A model generated the notes under the pieces. The model was not told the DNA's origin. It worked only from the letters and a program-made list of their open reading frames with translations, and searched no databases. A stretch of DNA of 64,000 nucleotides from Octopus sinensis (taxonomy: Eukaryota). Made by a program: the position numbers and the translations under genes. This document shows, in pieces, positions 62,198 through 64,000 of this stretch. Within the stretch, counting starts at the first letter, position 1; every line of letters begins with the position of its first letter. Where the stretch lies: the NCBI RefSeq assembly GCF_006345805.1, contig NC_043011.1, forward strand, positions 12,288,464 to 12,352,463, given 5' to 3'.

Positions 62198-62325
62198 GAA
62201 CCACATGGTTCTGGGTTCAGTCCTACTGTGTGGCACCTAGGGCAAGTGCCTTCTACTATAGCCTTGGGCTGACCAAAGCCTTGTGAGTGAATTTGGAAGA
62301 CGGAAACTGAAAGAAGCCCATTGTA

Positions 62326-62373
<48 letters not shown>

Positions 62374-62580
62374 CTTGTGTCTGTGTTTGTCCCCCCAATA
62401 TCGCTTGACAAACGATGGTGGTGTGTTTACATCCCTGTAACTTAGCGGTTCGGCAAAAGACTAATAGAATAAGTACTAGGCTTACAAAGAATAAGTCCTG
62501 AGGTCGATTTGCATGACTAAAGGTGGTGCTCCAGCATGGCCACAGTCAAATGACTGAAACAAGTAAAAGAGTAAAGAGTA
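62198..62580 (+). mobile_element. SINE family A, 5'-truncated
   Basis: Starts at gaaccacatggttctgggttcag; full tail. Confidence 0.9.
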
Positions 62581-62601
62581 TATATATATACACATTGAGA
62601 C

Positions 62602-62648
<47 letters not shown>

Positions 62649-62719
62649 GAGGTGTGTATATGTTTGGTAATACAAGCGGGAAAATAGAACTCAAAACATG
62701 AGTATATATATATTTTTTA

Positions 62720-63720
62720 TTTCATCAACAGAAGTCACAGTGTGGCCCAAGGGCCGAGTGTTTCATGTATTGGCACTTGTAAGAAAGACATGAATGAGGA
62801 GAAGATTCCAGAGGGATGATATTCTGGAGATGTAGAATTGGGCACTGCAGTTAGTGCTGAGCTGGGATGGGATTGGACACACTAAGTGTACCAAGAGGTG
62901 GAGAGAGGAATGGGTTGAGGGTACCCGAGTAGTAGAGGTATGAGGCAGAGGTCATAGTAGTCACAGTAAAAACAGAGTGGAGACAGTACGCCTGTAAGAA
63001 ATGCCGAAATTCGAGAAATTAAACTACGTTAAACTTACAAACTACAATCTTCTCAAGAAAGCCAATACAAAAAGATGTTTTATTTTGACACATTCTACCA
63101 GTATACGAAGTTTAAAATATTTTAGTTACCAAGAAATTATGTTGAAAACTGCTGTTCAAACCGAAAAGATCCTTTAGTTACCAGGAAATTATGTTGAAAA
63201 CTGCCGTTCAAACTGAAAAGATCCGGGATTTACAATGATAGTGAGGCCAAGCAGGTGAAACAACTGTGAGGGCTCTAGCTGAGTGCACTCACATATAGTG
63301 GGGTGGGGCGGGGTGGTGGTGTTTTCTTGATACAAGTTGTGTACTTCAGATTTTTTTGATATTAAAAGAGACAGGGGTGGCATAATCCTGCTGGAGTTTA
63401 CTCTCAAGGTCTCCGTTTAAGGAATCAATGCATGTTAAGGTAAGCTTGTGGAGGAATAAAAAATACTGTCAACCAGGCATTGTTGGATGAGATGCCACGT
63501 AGGTCATTGATGGATTGAAGGAAGAGAGGTTGGGATAACACCAAATCCTGGAAAACACTAGAGTTTATGGAGAGTAGGACAGAAAAAGCTCTATCAACAC
63601 ATGTGACAGCAATGCAATCTAATGGGAATTTGCTGGTCAAAAAGATGAGAGATGGGCAGAGTCTCTAGGTGGGAAGTTTAGGTCATTTGACTTACTTACA
63701 GGAAACAATTTCCAGGTCAG
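62720..63720 (-). mobile_element. Highly decayed CR1/L2 LINE fragment interrupted by a MITE end (about 63000-63224)
   Basis: INSSVFQDLVLSQPLFLQSINDL resembles RT motif INAGVPQGSVLSPTLFLLFINDL; downstream ISRISSLWNLL. Confidence 0.55.
63000..63224 (+). mobile_element. Right-end fragment of the GGATC-TIR MITE with terminal 52 bp tandemly duplicated
   Basis: 63121-63172 and 63173-63224 both end in aaaagatcc. A further single-end fragment lies near 46439-46495. Confidence 0.8.
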
Positions 63721-64000
63721 ACTCCAGAAGTAGCTGGAATGCTGGGACAAGGTGGCTATTTCAAAGGAGATGATGTTAAAAATTAGGTAAATAAGTTATT
63801 TTCTATTAATCAAAATTAGTCTGAGAACCTTTTGTTACCACCTTGTATGTTATCTAGGCACCTGAGGGGTACATTTAAAATCATCAGAATGATCTAGAAC
63901 AACCAAGAAGTTAGAAGAATTTCTATAAATGTCAAACCTACGAGTTCTGCAAGCCACTGGTAGGATTTAAGAACCATGATCTTACTCATCTAACAAGCTG

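Noticed and set aside
63696-63752. Exon-like segment HLVPAFQLLLESDLEIVS with a gtaagt donor
   Set aside because: Lies within the decayed CR1/L2 RT fragment and has no PDE4 similarity.

Overview
Repeat-dense eukaryotic DNA. The SINE and LINE repertoire points to an octopus (coleoid cephalopod) genome; this is an inference. The only host gene I can support is a cAMP phosphodiesterase 4 (PDE4/dunce-like) gene on the minus strand. It has three GT-AG exons covering UCR2 and the linker to the catalytic domain (38961-39073, 34986-35079, 165-364), with introns of about 3.9 kb and 34.6 kb; the upstream exons were not found in the window. The rest is transposon-derived: four or more tRNA-derived or RTE-tailed SINE families, two 5'-truncated R4/Dong-type RLE LINEs in (TAA)n tracts, RTE, CR1/L2 and L1/Tx1 fragments, a decayed mariner, MITEs, non-autonomous Helitrons, a Penelope GIY-YIG remnant and microsatellites. 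The most striking signal is a set of minimal type I hammerhead-ribozyme folds in inverted or tandem Penelope-like repeats. One family has the core C3-G8 pair swapped to G3-C8 (GUGAACA) and sits three times in a near-perfect 350-bp palindrome (59734-60085). Also notable: a tandem duplication of the 3' part of the PDE4 UCR2 exon whose junction creates a new splice acceptor, a duplication/inversion block at 9.4-12.0 kb, and a MITE with a 44-bp flanking duplication. All folds were done by eye and none is tested.
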